From contig JBPCLO010000041.1 of NCBI GenBank assembly GCA_051003155.1, positions 1 through 64,000 of the forward strand: a stretch of DNA of 64,000 nt, in the 5' to 3' direction. The notes beneath the pieces are model-generated. The model was not told the DNA's origin. It ran no database searches and worked only from the letters and a program-made list of their open reading frames with translations. Positions 9,609 through 20,655 of the stretch are shown here, one piece after another. The position numbers were made by a program, and so were the translations under genes. Source of the DNA: Fimbriimonadales bacterium (GTDB taxonomy: Bacteria > Armatimonadota > Fimbriimonadia > Fimbriimonadales > ATM1). Position 1 is the stretch's first letter; each line of letters begins with the position of its first letter.

Positions 9609-10574
9609 ATGCGCACGACCTTTTGGAACGAGATTGCCGCCAACAAGAGGTCGAGCGCATTTTTGTCGCTCCTGATGACGCTCCTGCTCGCGGGCGTTGG
9701 CGCCGCGGGCAGCTATCTCATCGATCCCGAGCTTTGGCCGTTCGGCGCTGCCATTGCGTTTGTGATCGGAGTGATCCTTTGGATATACACAGCTACGAGC
9801 GGCCACAAGGCGGTTCTTGCGATCTCGAGGGCGCGTCAAGCGACGCACGAGGAGAACCAGGTCGTCGTCAACGTGGCTCATGAAATGGCGATCGCGGCGG
9901 GGATTCCGATGCCCGGGGTGTACGTGATCGAGGATTCGGCGCCAAACGCATTCGCCACGGGCATGGGGCCGAAAGACGGCGTTATCTGTGTGACGACGGG
10001 GCTACTCCAGAAGCTCAATCGAGACGAACTCCAGGGCGTTATCGCTCACGAAATGGGCCACATTCGGAATTACGATATTCGTCTCATGACCACGATGGCG
10101 CTGACCGTCGGCGTAATCGTGCTTCTCAGAGACTTTTTCGTGCGGGTCAACTGGCACGGTGGCGTCCGGAGGCGCGGCAAGGACGGCGGCCAGGCGATCG
10201 TTATGGTGATCGCCCTCGTGTTCATCATCCTTGCGCCGATTTTTGCGATGCTTCTCAATATGGCGATCAGTAGGAAGCGTGAGTTCTTGGCGGACGCCTC
10301 GGCCGCGCAGTTCACGCGTTACCCCGACGCTCTCGCCGACGCTCTGGAAAAAATCGCCGCCGACCCCGAAGAACTCGAAGCCGCGAACAACGCCACCGCA
10401 CCGATGTACATCATAAACCCGATAGCCAAGCTCTCGGCCCACGAAGTTTCTAACCTTTTCAGCACCCACCCCGCCACCGCCGAACGCGTCCTCCGCCTCC
10501 GCCAGATGGGCATGGGCCCAATCTCCGAGACACCCCCCATGCCCGAAATCCCAATGCAACGGCTGGACGATTAG
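9609..10574 (+). CDS. htpX: M48 family zinc metalloprotease (HtpX-like)
   Basis: PNAFATG, HEMGH, SRKREFLAD, FSTHP; follows lemA. Confidence 0.9.
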   Translation: MRTTFWNEIAANKRSSAFLSLLMTLLLAGVGAAGSYLIDPELWPFGAAIAFVIGVILWIYTATSGHKAVLAISRARQATHEENQVVVNVAHEMAIAAGIPMPGVYVIEDSAPNAFATGMGPKDGVICVTTGLLQKLNRDELQGVIAHEMGHIRNYDIRLMTTMALTVGVIVLLRDFFVRVNWHGGVRRRGKDGGQAIVMVIALVFIILAPIFAMLLNMAISRKREFLADASAAQFTRYPDALADALEKIAADPEELEAANNATAPMYIINPIAKLSAHEVSNLFSTHPATAERVLRLRQMGMGPISETPPMPEIPMQRLDD

Positions 10575-10863
10575 CGGCCCAACCAAATGAGGGCGCCGGT
10601 TGCCTCGTCCCGGCGGCGCCCTGTCCGCCCAATCAGCTGTGGACCTTCGCCCTGCCCATTCCTGAATGGAAACAGCTTGCCTTGCGCAGGACAAGGAATA
10701 TCGGAGACGGATTTCGGTAGCTGTTGATCACAACCCATTCGGAGTACCCCTTCACACCATGGAAACCACCCGCTCGCCAAATCTGTCCGTGCCACCGCGA
10801 TTCCCTCCCGTGGAGTCCATCCCGCCGCCAATCGATTGGAGCCTGCGCGTATAATGCCTCGCA

Positions 10864-12204
10864 ATGGCCGAATGCCGATTGCTGCTGGAACACACCGACG
10901 ATCCGAGGTATCGGACCATCGACGGATACATCGACAAGGGCGGATATCTGGGGCTGCAGAAGGCCGTGAAGATGGATCGGCAGGCGGTGATCGATCAGGT
11001 CAAGGCGAGTGGGCTTAGGGGGCGCGGGGGAGCGGGGTTCCCGACTTGGATCAAGTGGAATGGCATCGAAAAGGAAAGGGCCGGCAAGAAGCATTACGTT
11101 CTGTGCAACGCGGACGAGGGCGAGCCCGGCACTTTCAAAGACAAGGAGCTGATGGAGAACACTCCCCATCTGATGATCGAGGGGATGATCATCGCGGGCT
11201 GGGCGACCCTTGGCGACATTGGCTACGTTTACATCCGCGCCGAATTCGTCGACGCCTCTCGCGCCGTCAAGGCAGCGATCGACCAGGCTTACGAAAAGGG
11301 CTACCTTGGCAAGAACATCTTGGGAAGCGGCTGGGACTTCGACATGTACGTCCACTTGGGGGCCGGCTCCTACGAATGCGGCGAGGAGAGCGCCATGATG
11401 AGCAGCCTGATGGGGGAGCGCGGCATGCCGCGGCTGAAGTTTCCCCACGCGCCCCTGCCGACGGTCGAAGGCCTCTGGGAGAGCCCGACGGTCATCAACA
11501 ACGTCGAGACGTTCGCTTGTGCCCCATCGATCATCTTAAACGGGGGCGAGTGGTACTCCACGCTCGGCGCGTCGACCAAGAACAGCCGCGGCACCAAGAT
11601 TTTCAGCGTATCCGGACACGTGAACAAGCCCGGAAACTACGAGGTCGAGTTCGGCACTTCACTCATGGAGCTTCTGTCCTTGGCGAGCGGAATGAAGGGC
11701 GGCGAACTGAAGGCCTGCGTGCCGGGCGGGTCGTCGGTTCCGATTATCGACGCGGCCGCTTGTGAGAAGGCGATGCTCGGATATGAAGAGATGGCCGAGG
11801 TGGGCAGCATGGTCGGCTCGGGCGGATGCATCTTCTTGAACGAGCACACGTGCATCGTCACGTTCATCTGGCGGACCGCCATGTTCTATATGAAGGAATC
11901 GTGCGGAAAATGCACGCCATGCCGGGAGGGCACGGTTTGGCTTTACGAAATATTGTCCCGGATACGAGCCGGCGGTGGCCGTCCCGAAGACGTTGGCCTA
12001 TTGAAGGAACTATGCTCGCAAATCGATGGCCGTTCGTTTTGTGGTCTCGGCGACGCGGCTGCATGGCCTGTTGCCGCCGCCCTCAAGGTCTTCCCCGACG
12101 AGTTTGAGTACTACATCGCAAACGGCAAGAGCATCATCCAGACGCCCGAGAGCCGCTTTATGATGCCTGAGACTCCGCTGCTATCTCCGGCGGCGAGCGC
12201 TTAG
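10864..12204 (+). CDS. nuoF: NADH:quinone oxidoreductase subunit F
   Basis: GLRGRGGAGF, NADEGEPGTFKD, YECGEE, ESCGKCTPCREG. Confidence 0.92.
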   Translation: MAECRLLLEHTDDPRYRTIDGYIDKGGYLGLQKAVKMDRQAVIDQVKASGLRGRGGAGFPTWIKWNGIEKERAGKKHYVLCNADEGEPGTFKDKELMENTPHLMIEGMIIAGWATLGDIGYVYIRAEFVDASRAVKAAIDQAYEKGYLGKNILGSGWDFDMYVHLGAGSYECGEESAMMSSLMGERGMPRLKFPHAPLPTVEGLWESPTVINNVETFACAPSIILNGGEWYSTLGASTKNSRGTKIFSVSGHVNKPGNYEVEFGTSLMELLSLASGMKGGELKACVPGGSSVPIIDAAACEKAMLGYEEMAEVGSMVGSGGCIFLNEHTCIVTFIWRTAMFYMKESCGKCTPCREGTVWLYEILSRIRAGGGRPEDVGLLKELCSQIDGRSFCGLGDAAAWPVAAALKVFPDEFEYYIANGKSIIQTPESRFMMPETPLLSPAASA

Positions 12205-12813
12205 GAGAGCCACACCCAGGGCGACTAAACCGATCATTGCCGGTTCGGGAACCACCGTGACCTCAAGCGCCGGGGCGTTGTTCACCGACGAGTAGCTGAA
12301 TGTTTTGCCACCGTCATGGCTGATCAGCATCGGTGCAAGGATGTTGATATCGCCATACATCCACGTGTGGAAGCCATCGTCTTGCAAGGGCTCCATGTAC
12401 ATCCAGTAGTAGCTGCCTTCGGTTACCGACACAGGGTCGACGTTTTGCAGGTGAACCACTTCGCCGAAACTGTTGTTGGCAGGATTCTCGAACTCCCAGG
12501 CACCTAATTGGGCGCCGAAGCCTTGGAATGTTCCATCGTCGTCGTAGAGGGTCAGCCGGAGGTCTCGCCCCTTTCCCAGATTCAGAAAGCCAACGGCCAC
12601 CGATATGGTATCGACGGGTCCGCTCGCCAATGACTCAAAGCCCACCGCGATCGTTTGGATGAACTTAGGCGGTGCCGAAGCTCCCGTGATGAAGTACCCG
12701 GTGTTCTCGTCGTAGCCATACCCGGGCTCGAACGAAGAGTACGCAACCTGAGCCTGAGCGGAGCACATGCAGGCGGAAAGAGCGGCGGCAGCAAACAATC
12801 TCCCTTTTCTCAT
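12181..12813 (-). CDS. PEP-CTERM sorting-domain surface protein
   Basis: Signal peptide; C-terminal VPEPA + TM + RRRR. Confidence 0.9.
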   Translation of the reverse strand: MRKGRLFAAAALSACMCSAQAQVAYSSFEPGYGYDENTGYFITGASAPPKFIQTIAVGFESLASGPVDTISVAVGFLNLGKGRDLRLTLYDDDGTFQGFGAQLGAWEFENPANNSFGEVVHLQNVDPVSVTEGSYYWMYMEPLQDDGFHTWMYGDINILAPMLISHDGGKTFSYSSVNNAPALEVTVVPEPAMIGLVALGVALLSARRRR

Positions 12814-12933
12814 GCCCCATTGTACAGCGGCTTGCGCAGATAAGCAACAAGCGATATCCGACTCGGCGTAGAAGCCGTGTAGCACCGAGCCGCAATGGGC
12901 GGTGAGTGTGATTATCCCGAAAGGAGCTTATGT

Positions 12934-13083
12934 ATGTTGTGGACCATCGTTTTGATTCTGTTGATCTTGTGAGCAATCGGCTTTGTGGCCTTGCCCATCC
13001 TCGGTGGACTAATTCACATACTACTCGTCGTCGCGGTGATTGTCGTTTTGGTTCGCCTTATCCAAGGCAGACCCGTCGCTTGA
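12934..13083 (+). pseudogene. lmo0937-family small membrane protein interrupted by an in-frame TGA
   Basis: AAGGAG RBS; translates MLWTIVLILLIL*AIGFVALPILGGLIHILLVVAVIVVLVRLIQGRPVA; TGA at 12970-12972 where the family typically has Trp. Confidence 0.75.
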
Positions 13084-13108
13084 AGAGTCATTAGGAGAAA
13101 GAACTAGT

Positions 13109-13603
13109 ATGAAGATGGACAGTTTGGACAAACTATTCGAAGAGTCGCTTGCCGATTTGTACAGCGCCGAAAAGCAGTTAACAGACGCGTTGCCGAAGGC
13201 GGCTAAGGCGGCCCAATCTGCCGACTTGCGAGCGGCATTCGAATCGCACCTCAAAGAGACAGAGGGACATGTGGAGCGGCTCGAGAAAGTCTTCAAGGAG
13301 ATCGGAGGAAAGCCGGAGGCGAAGACGTGTATGGCGATGCAGGGCTTGGTGAAAGAGGCCGACGAGGCGATCAAGATCGAGCCTGCGGGCGCTATCCGAG
13401 ACGCCGGCCTGATCGGGGCCGCTCAGCGCATCGAGCATTACGAAATGGCAGCTTATGGAACCGCTCGTGCGTTCGCCGAAACGCTCGGAAAGGCCAAAGC
13501 GCGCGATCTGCTTCAAGCAACGCTCGACGAAGAAGCGAAGGCGAACGAAAAGCTTACTCAAATTGCGGAGAACAGCGTAAATCGGGAAGCCGCGAGCGTC
13601 TAG
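13109..13603 (+). CDS. yciF: YciE/YciF (DUF892) ferritin-like stress protein
   Basis: DLYSAEKQ, HLKET, AAQRIEHYEMAAYGT; AGGAG RBS. Confidence 0.88.
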   Translation: MKMDSLDKLFEESLADLYSAEKQLTDALPKAAKAAQSADLRAAFESHLKETEGHVERLEKVFKEIGGKPEAKTCMAMQGLVKEADEAIKIEPAGAIRDAGLIGAAQRIEHYEMAAYGTARAFAETLGKAKARDLLQATLDEEAKANEKLTQIAENSVNREAASV

Positions 13604-13609
13604 CGTTTA

Positions 13610-13641
13610 AACAGATAGAGCGCCTAAGCGCTCTATCTGTT
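13610..13641. terminator. Bidirectional terminator hairpin
   Basis: Perfect 14-bp inverted repeat AACAGATAGAGCGC-CTAA-GCGCTCTATCTGTT between convergent genes. Confidence 0.75.
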
Positions 13642-14171
13642 CAATCGTGCCTTATCATTGATTCAAAAGCCGGCAAGTATTGCAGCCATTCGTCGCGACG
13701 CTGGGCGCGCATATAGCTCGTCAGCGAGATGTAAGGCACATAGCGGGGGCGCCTTGGCTCACGGCTCAATTTCATGCTCGATAAATTGTGCATGAGCTTG
13801 TCCGCCTTTCTCAGATTACATCTGCGGCAACATGCCACAACGTTATCCCAAGTGTGCTGTCCCCCGTGCTTTCGCGGTACGACGTGATCGAGCGTTAAAT
13901 CTTTACCCGTAACTCCGCAATACTGGCACGTGTAGTTGTCCCTCGCCAAAACCGTGTGTCTGGAGAGGCGAAGCTGGGGCAGAGGCCTCTTTACGTAGTA
14001 GCGCAATCGCAAAACCGATGGCGCGTGGAACGACCGACTCGCGGTGCGCACAACATGGCCGTTGTTGTGCAAGACCTCCGCCTTGCCCATGGTCATAAGG
14101 GAAACGGCCCTCACGACGGTGCAAACGTTCAACGGTTCGTAGTTATTGTTCAGCAATAGAACGTCGTTCAT
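13641..14171 (-). CDS. HNH endonuclease (McrA-like)
   Basis: VLLLNNNYEPL N-terminus; RDNYTCQYCG, TLDHVVP, NVVACCRRCN; GAGGAG RBS. Confidence 0.9.
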   Translation of the reverse strand: MNDVLLLNNNYEPLNVCTVVRAVSLMTMGKAEVLHNNGHVVRTASRSFHAPSVLRLRYYVKRPLPQLRLSRHTVLARDNYTCQYCGVTGKDLTLDHVVPRKHGGQHTWDNVVACCRRCNLRKADKLMHNLSSMKLSREPRRPRYVPYISLTSYMRAQRRDEWLQYLPAFESMIRHD

Positions 14172-14188
14172 TCGACTCGGTGCTCCTC

Positions 14189-14223
14189 AAAACAGAACGG
14201 CCCGACGCGCGCGTGTCGGGCCG
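14189..14223 (-). terminator. Intrinsic terminator in the 5' leader of the HNH gene
   Basis: CGGCCCGAC-N8-GTCGGGCCG followed by TTCTGTTTT on the minus strand, abutting the RBS. Confidence 0.7.
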
Positions 14224-14350
14224 CTGAAACACGGGTTTGAGCAGGCGGGCTGGCTGCTGCTGTCTACTCATCCAGTTACCTGTGCTCCAGCGCACGGCCC
14301 AAAGCTTGTGCCATCTGTCCATTAGACGAACAAATAATACCTATCCGATT

Positions 14351-14833
14351 CTAAATTTGCGTAGTATCGACGCGAGGGCTCGACTGGTTCCGAAGCTCCA
14401 AAACCCAGTGGATGATGAGGAGTGTGGCCGCGATCGTGATGCAAGCGTCCGCGACGTTGAAGACATGAATGATCTTGATATCGATGAAATCGGTGACCTT
14501 GCCGCCGCCGAAAACTCGGTCGACCAAGTTCCCCAAGGCGCCCGCGGCCAGCAAGACCATCCCTACGCGAAACAGCTTCTCTTGGGGCTTGGATCGAAGG
14601 TAGCCGATCCCGGCGAATACCGCGACCAAAGCGGCGAGCGGCGATAGCAGCACACCAGCTCCCTGAAAGAGGCCGAAGGCGATGCCGCGGTTGTAGACGA
14701 GCGTGAGGTCGAAAATGTAGGGAATGACGGTAACAAACTCCCCCTCCGCGAGGTTCTTGCGAACCAACCACTTCGTGAGCTGGTCGAAAATGAGAAGTGC
14801 GACGAACCAAATGAAGAAAGGCGCAGGCCTCAC
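14351..14833 (-). CDS. lspA: Lipoprotein signal peptidase II
   Basis: DQLTK, NRGIAFG, GNLVDR, VTDFI, FNVAD; GTG start overlaps the ileS stop. Confidence 0.93.
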   Translation of the reverse strand: MRPAPFFIWFVALLIFDQLTKWLVRKNLAEGEFVTVIPYIFDLTLVYNRGIAFGLFQGAGVLLSPLAALVAVFAGIGYLRSKPQEKLFRVGMVLLAAGALGNLVDRVFGGGKVTDFIDIKIIHVFNVADACITIAATLLIIHWVLELRNQSSPRVDTTQI

Positions 14834-17562
14834 CAGCCGAGTACCTTTCTGTCGCGCTCGGTGAGCGGGATGCCGTTGACTTCGATAACGTCGGGCCTCC
14901 TGATCCGACTTCGTTCGCACTTCATGTACGGCGACATGGAAAACTCGATCTGTATCTCGGGGCGTTCGCTAAGCTCCACCCAACTCAGCTTTAGGAAGGT
15001 AGGAAGGTCGCTTCCGAATCCCTCGAGCGTTGCGATGAGTTCCGGCGGGCCGACAACATTGGCCATAACGTCCTGCGTGTCCTTGACGCCCGCATCCGCC
15101 TTCCATGGTTCGAGTTGCGAGTTCAATGTATCGCGAAAATCCAAGAGAGCTCCGATGCCATGGTCTTCTCCGAGAGGACCGCCAACGGGCTCGATGGTCT
15201 CCAAGAAAATCGTCGGCTTGCGATCGGGCGTCGGCATGCGGGCATAAATCTCTTCCGCAGTATGGGGCAGTACCGGCGCGATTAACTTCACCAGGATTTG
15301 CAGAATGCGATAGCACGCGACCTGGCCACTCCGCCTGTCGGGCGAGTCTTTGGCGTCGCAGTACATGCGATCCTTGATTACGTCAAGATAGAAGCCGCTC
15401 AACTCCTTGACGCAAAAATTGTGGACCATCGAGAGCGCACCGTTGAAGTCGAACTCGTCATACTCGGAGCACACTCCGGCCTCCAAAGCCTCAGCTTGCT
15501 CGACGGCCCATTGATCCAAGCTCTTCGCGAGTCCGTATCTAGCCGACGGATCGAAATCGTATAAGTTTGCCAGGAGAAACCGTAACGTATTCCTAACGCG
15601 CCTGTAGTTCTCCCCCATTTGCTTGAGCAAATTGTCGCCGCAGGGCACGTCGTTCGAATAGTCGACGCTCGCTGCCCAATAGCGAAGCACATCCGCGCCA
15701 TACTGGTTCGCAGCCTTCATCGGCTCCACCACGTTGCCCTTGGACTTGGACATTTTCTCCGCTTTTTCGTCGAGAACGAACCCGTGGGTGAGAACCGCGC
15801 GATAAGGCGCGGCCCCTTCGAGAGCAGTCGCGGTGGTTAGGCTGCTGTTGAACCAACCACGATGCTGGTCGCTTCCCTCCAAATAAATATCGGCCGGCCA
15901 TTCGAGGTCACCCCACGCGGGGTCATATTTGACGTCGAGCACCGCGTAATGGGTGAGGCCGCTGTCGATCCATACGTCGAGTACATCAGTCTCCTTGCGG
16001 AACTCCGTTTCGCCGGTTTTCGGGTGCTTGAACCCTTCCGGGATGAACTCGGAGATGTTGGTTTCGAACCAGGCAGAGGATCCTCCCTTTTCGACCGCCT
16101 GAGCCGCTCGCTCCATGATCTCCGGGTCCGCGACGGGCTCACCCGATTCCTTGCCGTAAACGATCGGAATCCCGACACCCCAGGTCCTTTGGCGCGAGAT
16201 GCACCAATCGGGTCTGCCCTCGACCATGGCCGCAATTCTTGTTTCCCCCTGAGGAGGGTACCACGCCGTGCGGCCGATTTCGGACAGCGCGCGCGCGCGT
16301 AGATCGTCGTTGCCCATGCTGAGGAACCACTGTTGCGTAGCTCGATAGATGACCGGGCTGTTGTCGCGCTCGCCATACGGATAGCTGTGCTGGTAGTCGT
16401 ACGCCTTGAGCAAGTGCCCTTCCTCTTCCAGGCGCTCCACGATGAACGCGTTCGCGTCATTGATGCTCTTGCCGGCGAACTCTCCAGCCTCTTCGGTGAA
16501 AACACCGGCCGGATCGACTGGGCACAGAGCTGGCAAACCATATTTTCGTCCCGTGTAGAAGTCGTCGTGGCCGTGACCGGGCGCCGTGTGAACAACACCC
16601 GTGCCGTCCTCGGTTGTCACATGTTCGGCCATCACCGCGATCGAGTCACGATCGAAGATCGGGTGCTTGAAGACGACCCCGTTTAGCTCGCTGCCGAGCA
16701 GGGTTGCCATCTTGCGATCGATAGGACGCTCGACCTCCTCGAACACTTTCTCGGCCAGGCCATCGTACAGGAGGAAAAATTCGCCGCGCGATGCGTAGAC
16801 CGAGTACTCGAGTTCCGGATGAAACGCAACCGCCAAATTACCTGGAATCGTCCATGGCGTCGTCGTCCAAATGATCGTGTAGAGGGGCGCGAAGGCTGCG
16901 AATACATTGGATGCGTCATCCTTCAGCGGGAACCGCACATAAATCGCTCGCGAAGTGTGGTTCTCGTAAACTAGTTCCGTGTCCGCGAGGGCGGTACGCG
17001 ACTTGATACTCCAATGTGTCGGCCTTAGGTCGCGATAGATGTAACCTTTCTGGGCCAACTTGGAAAACGCCCGCACAATCGCAGCTTCGAACTTGTAGTG
17101 CATCGTGGCGTAGGGATGGTCCCAGTCGCCTAGAACGCCGAACCGCTTGAACTGTTCCGTTTGGATATCGATAAACTCTTCCGCGTGCCTCCGGCAAGCT
17201 GCGCGCATGTCCTTGGGTTCCATGAGGCCATGCTTGGCCACCACGGCCAGCTCGATCGGCAACCCGTGAGTGTCGTAACCGGGGACGTATGGACTGTGAA
17301 ATCCACGTATCGTCTTGTATCGAACGACGAAGTCTTTTAGAGTTTTGTTGAACGCCGTTCCGATGTGGACCGGACTGTTGGTATACGGAGGTCCGTCGTG
17401 CAAGATGTACTTTGGCGAGCCGCGGCGGGCGTCTTGGATGAGCTTGTAAAGCCCCATCTCGTCCCAGGCCCTTTGCATTTCCGGCTCGCGACTTGCCAAG
17501 TCCGCCTTCATGGGAATCGTGAAGTCGGTGTCAGGCAAGTTCAACGTCGAGCGGAGATCCAT
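14830..17562 (-). CDS. ileS: Isoleucine--tRNA ligase
   Basis: LHDGPPY, HIGT, WTTTPWT, DWCISRQR, EGSDQHRGWF, KMSKS. Confidence 0.97.
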   Translation of the reverse strand: MDLRSTLNLPDTDFTIPMKADLASREPEMQRAWDEMGLYKLIQDARRGSPKYILHDGPPYTNSPVHIGTAFNKTLKDFVVRYKTIRGFHSPYVPGYDTHGLPIELAVVAKHGLMEPKDMRAACRRHAEEFIDIQTEQFKRFGVLGDWDHPYATMHYKFEAAIVRAFSKLAQKGYIYRDLRPTHWSIKSRTALADTELVYENHTSRAIYVRFPLKDDASNVFAAFAPLYTIIWTTTPWTIPGNLAVAFHPELEYSVYASRGEFFLLYDGLAEKVFEEVERPIDRKMATLLGSELNGVVFKHPIFDRDSIAVMAEHVTTEDGTGVVHTAPGHGHDDFYTGRKYGLPALCPVDPAGVFTEEAGEFAGKSINDANAFIVERLEEEGHLLKAYDYQHSYPYGERDNSPVIYRATQQWFLSMGNDDLRARALSEIGRTAWYPPQGETRIAAMVEGRPDWCISRQRTWGVGIPIVYGKESGEPVADPEIMERAAQAVEKGGSSAWFETNISEFIPEGFKHPKTGETEFRKETDVLDVWIDSGLTHYAVLDVKYDPAWGDLEWPADIYLEGSDQHRGWFNSSLTTATALEGAAPYRAVLTHGFVLDEKAEKMSKSKGNVVEPMKAANQYGADVLRYWAASVDYSNDVPCGDNLLKQMGENYRRVRNTLRFLLANLYDFDPSARYGLAKSLDQWAVEQAEALEAGVCSEYDEFDFNGALSMVHNFCVKELSGFYLDVIKDRMYCDAKDSPDRRSGQVACYRILQILVKLIAPVLPHTAEEIYARMPTPDRKPTIFLETIEPVGGPLGEDHGIGALLDFRDTLNSQLEPWKADAGVKDTQDVMANVVGPPELIATLEGFGSDLPTFLKLSWVELSERPEIQIEFSMSPYMKCERSRIRRPDVIEVNGIPLTERDRKVLGW

Positions 17563-17608
17563 GGAAGCGGAAATTGTACCTGCAGGCGGGTAAGATTGAA
17601 TCCGCCCC

Positions 17609-19045
17609 ATGAACCTACCGATCGAGGAGCTTACTCCGCGCGAAATTGTCGCCGAATTAGACCGTTATATTGTGGGTCAGGACCAAGCCAAACGAGCGGT
17701 CGCCATCGCACTGCGGAATCGCTTTCGCCGCCAACGCCTGCCCGCCGAGCAAGGCGACGAGATAGTCCCTAAGAACATCCTGATGATTGGTCCGACCGGC
17801 GTCGGCAAAACCGAAATAGCTCGCAGGCTGGCGCAGCTGGCACGTGCGCCGTTTGTCAAAGTGGAAGCGACCAAATTTACCGAGGTCGGCTATGTCGGAC
17901 GGGACGTGGACAGCATGGTGCGGGACCTGGTGAACATTTCGATTCGGATCGTCGAGGCAGAGAAGACCGCCGACGTTGCCGAGGAGGCCAGCCGGCGCGC
18001 TATTGACAGGATCGTGGAGATATTGGTGGATCCGTACGGCTCATCGCGCACGACGTCGAATGTAGACAACCCGTTCATGAGGCAGGCGATGGACATCTTC
18101 GGCGAAAGCCCTGAAGCCGAGAAGTCGGCCGAACCGGTCGCAACTGAAACCGACGACGAGGCCGCGTGGAAGCGCAGGCGTGAGAAGGTGCGAAAGCAGA
18201 TCGAGTCCGGCAGCCGTGATGCAGAACTCATCGAAATCGAAATCGAGGACGCAGCAACTCCGTTCGTCCAAGTTTTCTCTCCGCAAGGTATGGAGGAAAT
18301 GGGCCTCGACCTGCCGAGCCAGATGGGTTCGTTCGGTCGTTCTCGGAGCACGAAGCTGGTGTCGATCGGCGAAGCCAAGGCGATCATCGGCCAGGAAGAG
18401 GGAAAAAAATTGATCGACCAGCACGCGGTGACCCGAGAGGCGGTGCTGCGCACGGAACAGACAGGGATCATCTTCATCGACGAACTCGATAAAATCGCGG
18501 GACGGGAGGGCGGATCGGGCCCAGATGTTTCGCGGGAAGGCGTCCAGCGCGACCTCCTGCCCATTATCGAGGGCTCGACGGTCGCTACCAAATACGGCCC
18601 CGTAAAGACCGATCATATTTTATTCATCGGCGCGGGAGCTTTCCATATGAGCAAGCCGAGCGATTTGATACCCGAATTGCAGGGAAGGTTGCCGATTCGC
18701 GTGGAGCTTCAATCTTTGGGAGAACAAGACTTAAGGCGTATTTTGCGCGAACCTAAGAATGCCATAACAAAGCAGTACCAGCAGCTTCTTTCCACGGAAG
18801 GCGTCGCTTTGGAATTCACGGATGATGCCGTCGAGGAGCTGGCAAGAATGGCGCACGAAGTAAATTCTAGGGCAGAGAACATTGGCGCCAGGAGACTTCA
18901 CACGGTAATGGAGAAGTTGCTCGAGGATATTATGTTCGATGCGCCAGAGGTAAAGGAGAGTTCTGTCCGAGTGGATGCGGATCTGGTCAGGGAAAGGCTG
19001 AGCGAAATAATTCAAGACGTCGACCTATCGAAGTATATTTTGTGA
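17609..19045 (+). CDS. hslU: ATP-dependent protease ATPase subunit HslU
   Basis: [36 protein letters not shown]. Confidence 0.95.
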   Translation: MNLPIEELTPREIVAELDRYIVGQDQAKRAVAIALRNRFRRQRLPAEQGDEIVPKNILMIGPTGVGKTEIARRLAQLARAPFVKVEATKFTEVGYVGRDVDSMVRDLVNISIRIVEAEKTADVAEEASRRAIDRIVEILVDPYGSSRTTSNVDNPFMRQAMDIFGESPEAEKSAEPVATETDDEAAWKRRREKVRKQIESGSRDAELIEIEIEDAATPFVQVFSPQGMEEMGLDLPSQMGSFGRSRSTKLVSIGEAKAIIGQEEGKKLIDQHAVTREAVLRTEQTGIIFIDELDKIAGREGGSGPDVSREGVQRDLLPIIEGSTVATKYGPVKTDHILFIGAGAFHMSKPSDLIPELQGRLPIRVELQSLGEQDLRRILREPKNAITKQYQQLLSTEGVALEFTDDAVEELARMAHEVNSRAENIGARRLHTVMEKLLEDIMFDAPEVKESSVRVDADLVRERLSEIIQDVDLSKYIL

Positions 19046-20562
19046 CATTTGATAAGACTCGCGTAGGATTATTTACGGATATTTTCTCGAGTATCGCGGA
19101 GGAGATGGGATCCGTTCTCGAGAGGGTTTCTTTTTCTTCGAATATTAAGGAAAGACGGGATTATTCATGCGCGATTTTCGACGCTGAGGGCAACTTGGCC
19201 GCACAGGCTGCGCATATACCGGTTCACTTGGGAGCGATGGAGTTCCTGATGAAGCAGTGGATCGCGACGGGCCCGAGAATGGTAGACGGAAAATTTTACA
19301 TGACCAACGACCCTTACTTTGCGGGCACGCATCTGCCTGACATCTCGGTGATTGCACCGGTGGGCTTGGACGGGACGCGCGTCGGATACGTTGCCAGCCG
19401 CGCCCACCACTCGGACATTGGTGGCGTGGCCCCCGGCAGCATGGCCCCCAGCCGGTCCATTCATGAGGAAGGCATAATCATCTCCCCCCAAGAAATGACA
19501 TCAGCTCTCGCAAACGAGATTGCGAATACTTGCCGGGGCAAACAGGAACGGATTGCCGACTTGGAGGCCCAGCGTGCAGCGGCGAGCGTTGGTTCGGTGA
19601 GAGTTCAGGCCTTGTCATCGAAGTACGGCGCTGCCCTGAAGAGCCACATTCAGGAGTGTCTCGCATATGCCGAGGAAATGACCCGGGTCGCGCTTGCTGG
19701 CTTACCGCCGGGTTCTTACGAGGCCGGGGACCACTTGGAAGACGTACCTGGATCGGAGGCGCGTATCAAAGTCAAGATTGAGCTCGACGGCGCCGGCCGA
19801 ATCAGGTTCGACTTTAGCGGATCGAGCGAGCAGGTCGCCCTTGGCGTGAACGCGACCGAAGCCGTGACCAGGTCAGCCTGCTATTACGTTGTAAGATGCT
19901 TGACACCGGGCGCGCCGACAAACGGCGGGTGTTGGAAGTCGATCGAAGTATTCGCACCACCAAATAGCATCGTGAACGCTGGCTACCCGGCGCCGGTCGT
20001 AGCCGGAAACACGGAGACAAGCCAGTGTATCGCCGGTGTTATTCTGCAAGCGCTGCCTGGGCCGATGCCTGCCTGCAGCCAAGGCACAATGAACAATGTT
20101 GCATTTGGGACCGATCGCTGGGCGTACTATGAGACTATCGGTGGCGGCGCTGGGGCGGGCCCTGTGCGTAACGGCGCGAGCGGGGTCCATACCCACATGA
20201 CAAACACGCGCAATACACCTGTCGAAGCGCTGGAGCTCGAGTTACCGATTCGCGTGCTCGAATACGAACTCAGGGCCGGATCGGGCGGGGATGGTTCACA
20301 CGAGGGCGGCGAAGGGGTCGTGCGTTCGTTTCAGGCATTAGAGCCCGGTATCACATGCAGTTTGATGACCGACAGGCGATCCTGTGGACCCCCAGGGATC
20401 GAGGGTGGAGGGCCTGGTTTGCCCGGCCGAAACGCCTTGATTCGGGGAGATAAGGAAACCGATATCGACTCCAAAGCGCAGATCGAGTTGCAGCAGGGTG
20501 ACATTGTGCGAATCGAGACACCGGGCGGCGGTGGTTGGGGGCCGTTCGACAAGCAACCTTGA
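19042..20562 (+). CDS. Hydantoinase B / 5-oxoprolinase family protein
   Basis: [42 protein letters not shown]. Confidence 0.88.
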   Translation: MTFDKTRVGLFTDIFSSIAEEMGSVLERVSFSSNIKERRDYSCAIFDAEGNLAAQAAHIPVHLGAMEFLMKQWIATGPRMVDGKFYMTNDPYFAGTHLPDISVIAPVGLDGTRVGYVASRAHHSDIGGVAPGSMAPSRSIHEEGIIISPQEMTSALANEIANTCRGKQERIADLEAQRAAASVGSVRVQALSSKYGAALKSHIQECLAYAEEMTRVALAGLPPGSYEAGDHLEDVPGSEARIKVKIELDGAGRIRFDFSGSSEQVALGVNATEAVTRSACYYVVRCLTPGAPTNGGCWKSIEVFAPPNSIVNAGYPAPVVAGNTETSQCIAGVILQALPGPMPACSQGTMNNVAFGTDRWAYYETIGGGAGAGPVRNGASGVHTHMTNTRNTPVEALELELPIRVLEYELRAGSGGDGSHEGGEGVVRSFQALEPGITCSLMTDRRSCGPPGIEGGGPGLPGRNALIRGDKETDIDSKAQIELQQGDIVRIETPGGGGWGPFDKQP

Positions 20563-20655
20563 ACCTAGAACAGGTACAATTTCATCTCGCGACAAGAGTC
20601 CGTGGGCATTCCACGAACGTCCCTATCTCGGGCGTCTAGCGTCGCAACTACACCG

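Noticed and set aside
13641..14171. IscB/OMEGA or homing-endonuclease element
   Set aside because: Only 176 aa, with no RuvC or PLMP motifs, transposon ends or intron context.
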